Positions 35,001 through 44,478 of a stretch of 64,000 nt of DNA are shown piece by piece. The DNA comes from a virus (lineage: Duplodnaviria > Caudoviricetes): positions 1 through 64,000 of the IMG/VR virus record IMGVR_UViG_3300021400_000191. The stretch is one strand, 5' to 3'. Every line of letters begins with the position of its first letter. Within the stretch, counting starts at the first letter, position 1. A program made the position numbers and the translations under genes. The notes beneath the pieces were generated by a model, which was not told the DNA's origin, ran no database searches, and saw only the letters and a program-made list of their open reading frames with translations.

Positions 35001-38000
35001 TTAGTCGTACAGCATTTCGTATGCGGTTTCGTCAACGAAGAACAGGTCTTCGCTGTCGAGGTCATCGGCACGCTGAGCGACCTCAGCAACCTCGATGAAG
35101 TCAAGGTCAGCCTTGCGCATACTTGCGTACACGCGGTCCGCCTTCTCAACACGGTCGAGCAGATCAGGCGCGAACACCTGAAGAGCGAACATGGCATAGC
35201 GTGCCTTCACTCTTGCGGCATTCTCCGGGTTCTCGTCGTGCTTGGCGAACCGGTTCTCGTGACCGATCTCGAATGCATCACGCAGGATCGTGTCAACGAC
35301 GATCTGCCACTTGCGATCCTTGTCGGTGATGTCACCAAGATCCAGCTGACCAATGATTTTGCCGGTTTCAGGATCTTTGATACCAGGCTTGTAGGACCAT
35401 GCCGTGTCATCGATCATGCTGTACAGCATCGACCTGGTTGCCTTGTAGACAAGGTCCTTGGTTTCCGCAGCAGCCATCTCAGTGGCAGCATTGGTTGCCT
35501 CAGAAGCGAAGCCGCGTTCGAGCTCTGCTAACATACGGAAACAGAACTGTGCAAAGCGGACCACACTAACAGGCTCACCATTGGCAATAGCCGTTGCTAC
35601 ATCGCGGTCTTCAGCGCTGTCCAGAGTATTCGCGTTAAAGCGGTTCGGGTTGATCTGGTGCAGCAGTCTGCTCCGAACGATACCGTTCTGGGCGTTCTTT
35701 GCGGCAACCATCTTCCCATCGACCATGATGGTCGCAGGCTCGATGTGGAGCTCGCTGAGGATGTTGAACTCAGGAGTCTCCTCGAACTTCGCCTTGGTGA
35801 CAACGCCGTTGTTGTCTACGCGCATGCCAGCTTCCTGCATAACAGCCATAGCAATCGTGTCGATCGCGGCATTGCTCGGCTGAGCATAGCTATGCTTCAG
35901 GTACTTTGTTCCCTTCATGCTCATTCTTTCAACGGGCTTGCTCTTCGTCACGAAGCAGCAACCGGGCTCATGGTCACGGAACATCTGAGCCCACGGCTTG
36001 TAGGCGAAGACGTGTCCATTCACATACTCACCCTGAAGGTCGAGCAGCTTCAGTGCCACATCGAAGATGTGACGGCTCGGAGTACCCATAGCAGGCACGC
36101 CGGTCTTACACCAGTCGATGGTCAGGATTGCACCGACCTGGAACAGGTTTGCGAGCATACCCCAGCGATACGCCAGATCCATGTCACCGGTCTGATATGC
36201 ATTGCTGCACATCGTCCATGCGAACATGGCGCTGTTGCTGAAGCGACCGACATAGTTGAACGCCATGCCATTGAACACGGCTTCGACCCTACCCTTGGTC
36301 ATCCATTCAGCAGTGGCCTGTCTGGATTCGGCGCCGTCACCATGCTCGAAGATGACAGTCTTGTTCAGACCAAGCTTTCTGGCAACCTCTTCCATGCGCT
36401 CGAACATAGCAACCAACCAGTTGTTGGTGTATGCTGCTGCATGGTCGCCGTCACAGTCACCATCATTGTCGATGATCCACGGATCATGGATGTTCAGCAT
36501 GATTATGTTGCCGCAAGTGTCGAACAGACCAATCTCACGGTTCCTCATAACTGTGCCATTCAGGCCATTGGACGGATAACGGACGAGGACCGCTTTCTTT
36601 CCGTCGCGCATACCGGGCGTGCTGAATTCGCCAGCTGCCAGCATACCGAGATTCGGCTTATCAGCAGATGCGCCAAGGAGCGCGATTTCAATCATGGCGG
36701 ACACATCCTGCGCCTGGAAGAGTGTTGTCTCTTCAGTAGCGAAGTTTGCGCTTGCCAGAGTTGCGAGCTCGTCATACATCTTGACCAGCATCGCAGTCTT
36801 CACCTGCTTCTGCCCGATCAGCCAGGGCTTTGCACGGAACAGATACTCGAACTGAGTAACCGTATCCTCATCCTTGCCAAGTCCAGCCAGTCTGCGCAGA
36901 GCACCGTTGACTGTTGCCAGCTGCGCGGCTTTCTTACCGCTGCCTTCCATCAGCAGATGAGCATCGCTTGCACTCATGTTGAGCAGCTGCGACATCAACT
37001 GACGGCTGGTGTGACGATTTGTTTCCATTTCGTCCAGAGCATCTGCGTTGCTTACAACCCGCAGGCAGTCGAAGCCATCATATGTTTCTGCCAGCTTCTC
37101 AACGTTGGCAACATACTTAGCCCAGTTGGCTTCGCCATTTTCACCGCGGAACCACTTCTTGGCTTTCCAAGTAGTATCCGTAGTCAGGCAGCTACCTTCA
37201 CGCCAGAGATGCATATTGCCATCGATATCTTCTACATAGATATCTTTTCCAGCCAGTTCTGCATATTCAGGCTTTGCTGCAATGATTTTATCAAGCAGCC
37301 CATACACGCCAACAGCGAACTCCTTCATACTGCCAGCCATTCTGCACTGACAAGGCTCGAAGCCCTCGATATTGACCAGTGTCATACCATCAAATGCATC
37401 AGCCTCAATTGTGGCATAACCCTTGGGATCGACAGTGATCGGGAGCGTGAAGTCACGCTTGCCATTCACAGTGTTTACGGTCACTGTAACGTCCGTACCC
37501 TTGCCGACAATGATAGCACCCTTGGTGAGCGGGATCTTGATCTTGATAGCCTTCATCATGATCATGTCGCGCATATGGATGCGACGGCGATGCTCCTTAC
37601 CATTAGCATCGGTCCAAGTACGCTCCCAGATCTTGCTGGGAGTATTGAACAGAGCGGCGATCTTGTACTGCTCCTGCCCATTCGTTACAGGCAGTTCGTC
37701 AAGACCGAGCATGAAGGCAGCGTTGTGTGCCTTCTTTGCTTCGCTGTCAATCAGCATACCAACGCCCTTCTTCAGACCGCTGTTGCTGTAGCACCAGCTT
37801 TCGAAGTGGCGCTCATCGTTGCCGAAGGATACAGTGAATCCTTCTGTCTCGAAGCGCTCGATGTAGCCCTTCGCGAGGCGTTCGATGCGCTGCTCGCCGT
37901 CAAGCTCTTCACCGGTCTTGATGTCCAGCTTGCAAGGGAACAGGTCCTTTGCGTTCAGAACATTCAGTCTCTGCCACAGATTGTGGTCAATGATGACCAG

Positions 38001-38957
38001 CTTATCCTGCAGACCGCGATCGTTGATACCAACGATATCGCTCGTCAGGCTCTGGGCAAGAGTACGAGTCTCAAGCTCTTCAGCCCTCATGACCGGGAAG
38101 GCGATCTTCTTATCGAAGACCTCTTCGAGATAGGCAAGAGCACGGCATGCTTCTGCCTTGACACGGGCAGTGTACTCCTTGGAGCATTCGCCACTCTTAA
38201 GCGGCTTGCGCTTGCCATTTGCATCAAGCCCATGCAGTGCGTTGATAGCACGCAAGACGTCAGCCGAGAAGATGTTCTGAGGCTTGATCACCGCTGCGCG
38301 ATAGCGCTTGAGCGCAACACGAGTGGTCTTCTCAACCTTCTCCTTCGGCTGATACGCCTTACCGGACTTAGCAGCACGGATCAGCGTCTGCATGGCTTCG
38401 TCGCCAATGTAATCCTTTGCGATGTTGCTAAGCATCTGACGGATTAGTGCAATATCGATCATTACAATGTTACGTTCATGAGCCCACAGATCGTACTTGG
38501 CCCAATCAGCGGCTTCCACAGCTTCGCCCATGCGGCGGTTGTATTCCTCGCGGCGCTGTGCAAGCGCAACGATGCGTTCGCCAAGATAGTTGATCTTGGA
38601 CGGACTTGCCTTCTTTTCAGGCTTGGGCGGCATAGGCTTGCGCTCAGCACGAGCGGCTGCACGCTTTGCTTCGGCGGCCTTGTTGGTGGCCTTACGGGTT
38701 GCCTTCATCAGGCGAACCTTGGCCTTGTGAGCAGCGGCACGGTCGGCCTTCGCAGCCTGGTTGGATGCATCCTGCTTGGCAATGCTCTTTGCAAGAGCCG
38801 CCTTCTTGATGGTCTCGTGCTCGGCAGTAGCCTTGGCGATATTCTCCTTCGCCTTGGCAATGTCAGCCGCATTGTTTGCGGCTACGGCTGCATCGTATGC
38901 AACCTTAGATTCAGTGTTGTACAGGCAAACGGCGTGATTAGACAGATACTTCTTCAT
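35001..38957 (-). CDS. Large two-barrel RNA polymerase-like protein (polymerase B, ~1318 aa)
   Basis: YSNSGLKKG, DAFDGMTLV, QCRMAGSMK, LVRYPSN, catalytic DGDCDGD (36444-36464), VGRFSN, IDWCKTG; AAGGAGG RBS before ATG at 38957. Confidence 0.8.
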   Translation of the reverse strand: MKKYLSNHAVCLYNTESKVAYDAAVAANNAADIAKAKENIAKATAEHETIKKAALAKSIAKQDASNQAAKADRAAAHKAKVRLMKATRKATNKAAEAKRAAARAERKPMPPKPEKKASPSKINYLGERIVALAQRREEYNRRMGEAVEAADWAKYDLWAHERNIVMIDIALIRQMLSNIAKDYIGDEAMQTLIRAAKSGKAYQPKEKVEKTTRVALKRYRAAVIKPQNIFSADVLRAINALHGLDANGKRKPLKSGECSKEYTARVKAEACRALAYLEEVFDKKIAFPVMRAEELETRTLAQSLTSDIVGINDRGLQDKLVIIDHNLWQRLNVLNAKDLFPCKLDIKTGEELDGEQRIERLAKGYIERFETEGFTVSFGNDERHFESWCYSNSGLKKGVGMLIDSEAKKAHNAAFMLGLDELPVTNGQEQYKIAALFNTPSKIWERTWTDANGKEHRRRIHMRDMIMMKAIKIKIPLTKGAIIVGKGTDVTVTVNTVNGKRDFTLPITVDPKGYATIEADAFDGMTLVNIEGFEPCQCRMAGSMKEFAVGVYGLLDKIIAAKPEYAELAGKDIYVEDIDGNMHLWREGSCLTTDTTWKAKKWFRGENGEANWAKYVANVEKLAETYDGFDCLRVVSNADALDEMETNRHTSRQLMSQLLNMSASDAHLLMEGSGKKAAQLATVNGALRRLAGLGKDEDTVTQFEYLFRAKPWLIGQKQVKTAMLVKMYDELATLASANFATEETTLFQAQDVSAMIEIALLGASADKPNLGMLAAGEFSTPGMRDGKKAVLVRYPSNGLNGTVMRNREIGLFDTCGNIIMLNIHDPWIIDNDGDCDGDHAAAYTNNWLVAMFERMEEVARKLGLNKTVIFEHGDGAESRQATAEWMTKGRVEAVFNGMAFNYVGRFSNSAMFAWTMCSNAYQTGDMDLAYRWGMLANLFQVGAILTIDWCKTGVPAMGTPSRHIFDVALKLLDLQGEYVNGHVFAYKPWAQMFRDHEPGCCFVTKSKPVERMSMKGTKYLKHSYAQPSNAAIDTIAMAVMQEAGMRVDNNGVVTKAKFEETPEFNILSELHIEPATIMVDGKMVAAKNAQNGIVRSRLLHQINPNRFNANTLDSAEDRDVATAIANGEPVSVVRFAQFCFRMLAELERGFASEATNAATEMAAAETKDLVYKATRSMLYSMIDDTAWSYKPGIKDPETGKIIGQLDLGDITDKDRKWQIVVDTILRDAFEIGHENRFAKHDENPENAARVKARYAMFALQVFAPDLLDRVEKADRVYASMRKADLDFIEVAEVAQRADDLDSEDLFFVDETAYEMLYD

Positions 38958-39241
38958 GATTATCCTCCTTATCATGAATGTCTTGCACACACCTCGCCTT
39001 TGTGTTATATTTAGCAAGGTGCTGTGTGCGTACTTGCTTGACTCGCGTAACGCACACTGTGCATTGTGTGGGCTCCACTGTTGGCGCAGTGGAGCTTTTG
39101 TTGCGCTCAGAATGCTTGAGCATGAGCCCGTGATAATGGGAACACTACACGGCTACACCCGATATACGGGGTCGGTGTACCCATTGCGGCTAAGCCGCCA
39201 TAAAAATAAAAAAAGAGGGATGTTGAATTCCTCTCTTTTTA

Positions 39242-39436
39242 TTACCGCAGGCTAGATTCAGATGAGCTGACATCAGTATCAATATACTGATGTGCCTTAT
39301 TGATCATGACATACATGATATATATTTTGTTTGCCATGTATCCGGGCAAATGGTTCAAATCTGTAGAGTCCTCCTTAACGAGCACCACGCCGTCTGTTCC
39401 GCATGCATAGTTTTCGTTGTTACACATCTTTTTCAT
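39242..39436 (-). CDS. Small early hypothetical protein
   Basis: GAGGAGG RBS. Confidence 0.5.
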   Translation of the reverse strand: MKKMCNNENYACGTDGVVLVKEDSTDLNHLPGYMANKIYIMYVMINKAHQYIDTDVSSSESSLR

Positions 39437-39815
39437 GATATTACCTCCTCGGCCCACGCAGATCAAGTCCACTATAGGGCGTATCATGATGGCACAGTTA
39501 TTGCCATGCCATTAAAAAATAAAAGGGAAGCCGAAGCTTCCCATCAGACAATCATATAATTCCTCCTTTCCGGCATTGGGCCAGGTGCCGCAACCTGCTC
39601 TTTCGAGAACGCTGTGAGCTATACTCACACACCTATTTTAGGCATGTAATGTTTGTTATAGTTGTACAAGGCATACCATGATAGGGAACCGCATGGAGTA
39701 CTATCCATGACTTACGGGAGTTTACGAAACGTCATATCCCGCTAACGTTACACGTTTGATCCGCGGTTGCGTGTTCCGCATAACTGAGCATACATTGATC
39801 ACCTCCTTGTTCTGC

Positions 39816-40220
39816 TCACTTCGTTATTTTGAAATATTGCGCCATGTAAACACAGCTGTTTCTTGATGACTTATGATCCCAATGGCTTGGTTCTTTAGAA
39901 CCCAAGTATGCTTTTAGTTTCTTGCTGAAAGAGTGAAAACTAACTTGCAGACGATGCCCATTGAGCTTGATATCAAAATACACCAGATATGAATTAATAT
40001 GTTCATCTCTGGTAACAAAGTATCTGACATCAGGACTTTTGGTAGCATTGATACGATTCAACGCTTTTAGGATATATAGATCCTTAACGTTGTAACCGTG
40101 ACTCTGTGCATTACGGTTTCTTGCATTGTCTGTTAATTTTAATGCAAGATCGTCAATGCCTTTGCCTGCATCGCTAGCCACTTGTGCCATGATGATTGTT
40201 TCTGCAATTGCTTTGTCCAT
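39816..40220 (-). CDS. Early hypothetical protein
   Basis: AAGGAGGTG RBS; LVYF.I....QVSFH...WD. Confidence 0.65.
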   Translation of the reverse strand: MDKAIAETIIMAQVASDAGKGIDDLALKLTDNARNRNAQSHGYNVKDLYILKALNRINATKSPDVRYFVTRDEHINSYLVYFDIKLNGHRLQVSFHSFSKKLKAYLGSKEPSHWDHKSSRNSCVYMAQYFKITK

Positions 40221-40327
40221 AGTGTCACCTCCTTTGGACAGCGGTCCCATTTCGACGGCATGGATGCCGTGGCACACCGGCTTGTGCGCCATTAAAAAAA
40301 ATAAAAGAGGAGCCGAAGCTCCTCTTA

Positions 40328-40504
40328 TTAGTCAGACATCCTATACCTCTGCCATGTAGGCATGAGGATGTCATAATCGAAACGCGGATCGTTGTCCCGC
40401 TGCTCGATTTCACCAAGTGCCTCCAAGGCCGCATCCTCTGTTGGATACGGTCCGTAGATCTCCCTGCCGTCTGCCGGATCTACTGACATAACATAGTACT
40501 GCAT
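40328..40504 (-). CDS. Small early hypothetical protein
   Basis: AAGGAGG RBS; YGPYPT...A. Confidence 0.55.
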   Translation of the reverse strand: MQYYVMSVDPADGREIYGPYPTEDAALEALGEIEQRDNDPRFDYDILMPTWQRYRMSD

Positions 40505-40625
40505 AGTATACCTCCTTCTATGCATACCGCATACTCACATGCCTGTGCTCTCGTTTCGTGAGAGTGACGTCCATCGCGCAACCGATTCGCTTACGCCGTT
40601 ACACGGTTGCTGAACATCCTGATCC

Positions 40626-40718
40626 TCAGGGGAGAGGAAACAGGATGTTCAATAGGATGATGATCGGCAATAGCACAAGGTTTAATGTGCATATTGCATC
40701 GATCCAGCGATCGTCCAT
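40626..40718 (-). CDS. 30-aa hydrophobic peptide
   Basis: AAAGGGGG RBS, MDDRWIDAICTLNLVLLPIIILLNILFPLP. Confidence 0.5.
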   Translation of the reverse strand: MDDRWIDAICTLNLVLLPIIILLNILFPLP

Positions 40719-40797
40719 GTCAACACCCCCTTTCTGTGGCATGGAGCCGCATAAAAATAAAAAAAAAGAGAGGGATGCTGAGTCCCTCTCTTTGTGT

Positions 40798-41073
40798 TTA
40801 TTCGATGACAAGTTCCCACCCTTTCCATGCGATGAACCCATATGTCATCTTTTTGACCAATGACATATGGTGAGCTTCGAGAATAGCACCTACCGACCAT
40901 GCTGCTTCGGTGCGATCCTCTTCAGGCAGAGTATCGATGTATTCGATAATCTGCTGACACGTCTGCTCGAGCTCGGTTCTATGTGCCTGAGCATCCGGCA
41001 GATCCCGATGGTACTCGTAGGCTGCGATGGCCATCGAGAGTGTACCAAAGATAGAAAATGAATTTGTAAACAT
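40798..41073 (-). CDS. Small early hypothetical protein
   Basis: AAAGGAG RBS. Confidence 0.55.
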   Translation of the reverse strand: MFTNSFSIFGTLSMAIAAYEYHRDLPDAQAHRTELEQTCQQIIEYIDTLPEEDRTEAAWSVGAILEAHHMSLVKKMTYGFIAWKGWELVIE

Positions 41074-41233
41074 GGTGTTTGCTCCTTTCTTAGCTGCGTG
41101 CCATTGCTGGTTCACGACTTACGCATGAAGCAAGGGGTCTACCCCCGGTTGGCAGACCGCGTTAAAAAAAATAAAAAAAGGGCCGAAGCCCGATTATATG
41201 TCTTGCATATAGCCGGACTTCGACCCTGTTTAA

Positions 41234-41479
41234 TTAGCGCTGGAGGATGTCCTCAATGCAGCGCCTCCTAATAGCTTCGCAGAGGATCCTTTCTTCTCCC
41301 CTGTCCTGAGCTTTATAACTCAGGATAATGATCTCTGAGAGTGAGGGACCGCTCACGGCAACTCTGTTGATCAGAGTACCGAACTGGTTCCTCAGTTCAG
41401 CAAGGACCAGCCAGCCCTGATGTCCGTCGTTTCTGCTGCCGTCACGATAAGTAAATCCAACCTTCTTAGTATTGATCAT
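41234..41479 (-). CDS. Small early hypothetical protein (first gene of the leftward arm)
   Basis: GAGGAGG RBS. Confidence 0.55.
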   Translation of the reverse strand: MINTKKVGFTYRDGSRNDGHQGWLVLAELRNQFGTLINRVAVSGPSLSEIIILSYKAQDRGEERILCEAIRRRCIEDILQR

Positions 41480-41682
41480 AGTGTCCTCCTCGCCCTTATC
41501 GGGCTTTTTTTTATTTTTGTGTCCGTGCGTGGACCAGACGGGATCGTTTCGTGATTCCTTCCGTCAGCGGTGGCAATTCGCCGAAGCCGTTACATGCCAC
41601 CAAGACCCCCGTGGGTTTACGCGCGGAAATCCACACGAACCCACAAAAGGCATATAACAGTTTCATCCTACCCGCATTCGCG

Positions 41683-41714
41683 TGGCACATTCTAAATGAG
41701 ACATAATGGAATAT
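41683..41714 (+). promoter_or_regulatory. Repeated phage promoter-like motif, copy 4, facing the virion operon
   Basis: TGGCACATTCTAAATGAGACATAATGGAATAT on the plus strand. Confidence 0.72.
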
Positions 41715-41727
41715 ATACAAAAACGAG

Positions 41728-41931
41728 GTGGTCTTTTTGTACACAACTGACAATCCCTTCGAATACGAATTCCTGATGCGGCAAGGTGTGCCTCTTGTGC
41801 AACATAAGGCCGGCCTTTTTTATTTCCGCAAAACCTCGGCGCTCTTCCTTGAGCTTTACAACTTCTTCAGTCGTATGGAGCAGCGCCTTGAATACGATGA
41901 CATGGTTCGCCAAATCGATGCCAACTTCTAA
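41728..41931 (+). CDS. Small hypothetical protein
   Basis: GAGG RBS; first ORF after the motif. Confidence 0.5.
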   Translation: MVFLYTTDNPFEYEFLMRQGVPLVQHKAGLFYFRKTSALFLELYNFFSRMEQRLEYDDMVRQIDANF

Positions 41932-42808
41932 TGCTTCGCGCTCCCGTCTTCCGCTCACTACCCGACAATGCTTGCGAGGCAACCACACCGTTGATGCCAA
42001 GAACTTTTACAGCAACAAGGGGTGGGCCGATAATGGGGCGCTTGATGTGTGGTGCAAGGACTGTGTTGCGAAGCTCACAACACGGGACGAACTGCAGCGT
42101 TACTTTTGGGCGAACCATCGTGAGTGGTCCCCCCAAGCCTGGGATGCTTCCGTACGCAAAGCTCGGGAGCTTCTCGTATCGAACAAGACCTACCAGTCCG
42201 CTAACATCGAGCGCAGGCAAGCTCTCGTCGAGCGCTTCGCCGTGCACGAGATGATCGGCATTATGAACCGTGTCGCGTATTACCGTTACCATGATCCAGG
42301 CGCCGAAACTTACGAGGACGCAGTAGCCTCTGGCAAGTTTGATGTCAATGATGCTCCAGCCGAAGCTCGCCCAAGGACGAAGGTCTTTTCGGCAACCTTC
42401 AATGGTTCCTTCACCGAGGCGGACCTCGCATATCTCACGAAGTTCTACAACGACATGGGCGGTGACGATATTGAGGACGCGTTTGATCGCGACTCTGTCG
42501 TGAAGCTCGCGAAAGCTTCGCTCGCTGTTGATAAAGCACAGGACGACTACAATGCTGGGCGCTGTGACATCAACACTGTGAGCAACGCGATCTCTGCTCA
42601 GCAACTCCTCGCAAAGTCGCTGAACATCACTGCCGTGCAGAAAAAGGCGAAAGATACGACCCGCCGCACATCGTGGTCAGAGTGGTCGCGCTCTCTCGTT
42701 GAGAAAGAGATTTATGCTCCGAAGGTCACCTGGCCCAAGGACGACATTGATATGGTCCTCGACCAATACCAGCATGTTGTTGCCGCTATTAAAGGCGGTG
42801 AAGAATGA
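41918..42808 (+). CDS. Zinc-finger protein upstream of terminase (candidate small terminase subunit)
   Basis: C...NFY...WCKDC; position; ATGA overlap with terL. Confidence 0.6.
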   Translation: MPTSNASRSRLPLTTRQCLRGNHTVDAKNFYSNKGWADNGALDVWCKDCVAKLTTRDELQRYFWANHREWSPQAWDASVRKARELLVSNKTYQSANIERRQALVERFAVHEMIGIMNRVAYYRYHDPGAETYEDAVASGKFDVNDAPAEARPRTKVFSATFNGSFTEADLAYLTKFYNDMGGDDIEDAFDRDSVVKLAKASLAVDKAQDDYNAGRCDINTVSNAISAQQLLAKSLNITAVQKKAKDTTRRTSWSEWSRSLVEKEIYAPKVTWPKDDIDMVLDQYQHVVAAIKGGEE

Positions 42809-44466
42809 TGGTCGCAAAAGATGCTCTTTCTCTGGCAACCTTCAAAGATGACACTCCGCTGACCGAGCAGGAGAAGCTCGAGCTCATCCAGCTCGACTAC
42901 TTTCGGTCGCATCTTGATGTCTTCATCGAGTATGCTTTCCGAAAGATTAAGCTTCACCCAATTCAGAAAACCTTAGCCCGTGCTATTGGCAACAACTGGG
43001 ATGTGAAGATCTGCTTCAGCCGTGGTGCTGGCAAAACGTGGATCGTTGCCGTATCAGCTTTTGCTCTTTGCTGTCTCTACCCGGGGACCGTTGTTCGCAT
43101 TGTCAGTAAGAACGTTGACAAAGCGAACGAGACTTTGAATAAGATCGCAAAGCTCGCCGAGGTCGACCCTGATTTCGCGAATGAAATCGAAAAGTCTGGT
43201 CGCTCTCTCGTCCATATAGACAAGGACGGCGGCTGGGTGACACTGAAGAATGGTTCGGTCTTTGAAGCTTCGGCAATCATGAGCATGCGGTCGCACCGTG
43301 CGAAGATCATCATCCGTGACGAAGAGGTCGAGCTCGACCAAGAGCTCGTTCGCCCTATCGTCATGCCTGTGCTGAACTACACACGCGAGATCGCGACCAT
43401 GAATGGCATCGAAGATTTCAACTCAAAGTCGATCAGCATCACTTCATGCTGTGAGCAGAGCAATGGTTTCTTCAATGAGTTCATGAAAACGTATGATGGT
43501 TTCTGTGCTTTCAAACCCGGCAAGTTTGCTTGCTGTCTTGACTGGCGCTGTGCTGTTGATAACAAGATCAACACCGAAGCGTACTTTGATGAAGCTCGCG
43601 AGGCTTATCCGCAACAGCAGTTCGACCAGGAGTTTGGTTCGATCTTTCTCAGTGCTGTTGATAACACTGTGCTGCCTTATGCTCTGACGGACCCGTGCCG
43701 TACATTGCAGAATGTAGAGCTGGCGCAGGCGAAGAACTCAAAGTCGCGCTACGTCATTGGGCTCGACATTGCAACATCGCAAGCGAAGAACGCCGATAAC
43801 TCTGTCATCGCCGTGATCAAGTTCAGAGAGTTGCAGAATGGGCGCTTCGCTCGAAAGCTCGTTTACTTGCAGACCTTTCATGGTGAAGGCTTGGACGTGC
43901 TCGCGAAAAGGGTTCAGGAGCTCTACCACATCAACTTCCCGAATACCGAGAAGATCGTATATGACGCGAGAGGTGTCGGTGACGCCTTTGCTCTTTTCTG
44001 CAACAATGAATTCGTTGACCTTACGAATGGTCGCGAATATCCCCCGCTCGTCGTTGATGACGAACCAAACTACAATGATTCGGCAATAGCTGCTCTGCAT
44101 CCGTTCCGAGCTGTGCTCTCGCTGAACCAGCGTCTTTACTCGAACCTTCTCTATGCTCTCGACAAAAAGCTCATCGAGCTACCGGTCAACTCGCGCTCCC
44201 TTACGAATGGGCTCGAGGGGTTGCACAAGATCCCCATCGAGGAGCGGTTGGTCTACACAGAAGCTGATGAGCTGCAGCGTGAGATGTCGCACATCGTCCG
44301 CAAGGAAGGTCCGCGAGGTGTCACGTATGACACACCGTCGAACCGCTTCCATAAGGACCGCTACTCAGCTGTCGCAATGGCGAACGATTACATCTCAGAG
44401 CTTGAGAAGGAAAACCTCAAGTATACAAACATAACCCCGTGCTATGGGGTCGTCTCAAACTTTTAA
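42805..44466 (+). CDS. terL: Terminase large subunit
   Basis: LHPIQ, Walker A SRGAGKTW, Walker B IIRDE, nuclease IGLDIA, YDARGVG, HKDRYSA. Confidence 0.92.
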   Translation: MMVAKDALSLATFKDDTPLTEQEKLELIQLDYFRSHLDVFIEYAFRKIKLHPIQKTLARAIGNNWDVKICFSRGAGKTWIVAVSAFALCCLYPGTVVRIVSKNVDKANETLNKIAKLAEVDPDFANEIEKSGRSLVHIDKDGGWVTLKNGSVFEASAIMSMRSHRAKIIIRDEEVELDQELVRPIVMPVLNYTREIATMNGIEDFNSKSISITSCCEQSNGFFNEFMKTYDGFCAFKPGKFACCLDWRCAVDNKINTEAYFDEAREAYPQQQFDQEFGSIFLSAVDNTVLPYALTDPCRTLQNVELAQAKNSKSRYVIGLDIATSQAKNADNSVIAVIKFRELQNGRFARKLVYLQTFHGEGLDVLAKRVQELYHINFPNTEKIVYDARGVGDAFALFCNNEFVDLTNGREYPPLVVDDEPNYNDSAIAALHPFRAVLSLNQRLYSNLLYALDKKLIELPVNSRSLTNGLEGLHKIPIEERLVYTEADELQREMSHIVRKEGPRGVTYDTPSNRFHKDRYSAVAMANDYISELEKENLKYTNITPCYGVVSNF

Positions 44467-44478
44467 AGAAAGGGGTCG

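Larger units (their letters stand above)
34780..41191 (-). terminator. Six related hairpin + TTTT(T)ATTTTT elements separating the early genes (34780, 39194, 39508, 40288, 40746, 41157); intrinsic terminators and/or hairpin promoters
   Basis: Each is a stem-loop followed on the minus strand by a T-tract interrupted by one A, then ATGCGGC/AATGGC-like sequence. Confidence 0.7.

Noticed and set aside
35658-38447. Long antisense ORFs (929 aa here; also 12486-13652, 22669-23754, 44491-45969)
   Set aside because: They mirror genuine genes on the other strand, lack RBSs and motifs, and are explained by codon bias
41683-41714. TGGCAC motif as a sigma-54 promoter
   Set aside because: The required TTGC at -12 is absent in all four copies
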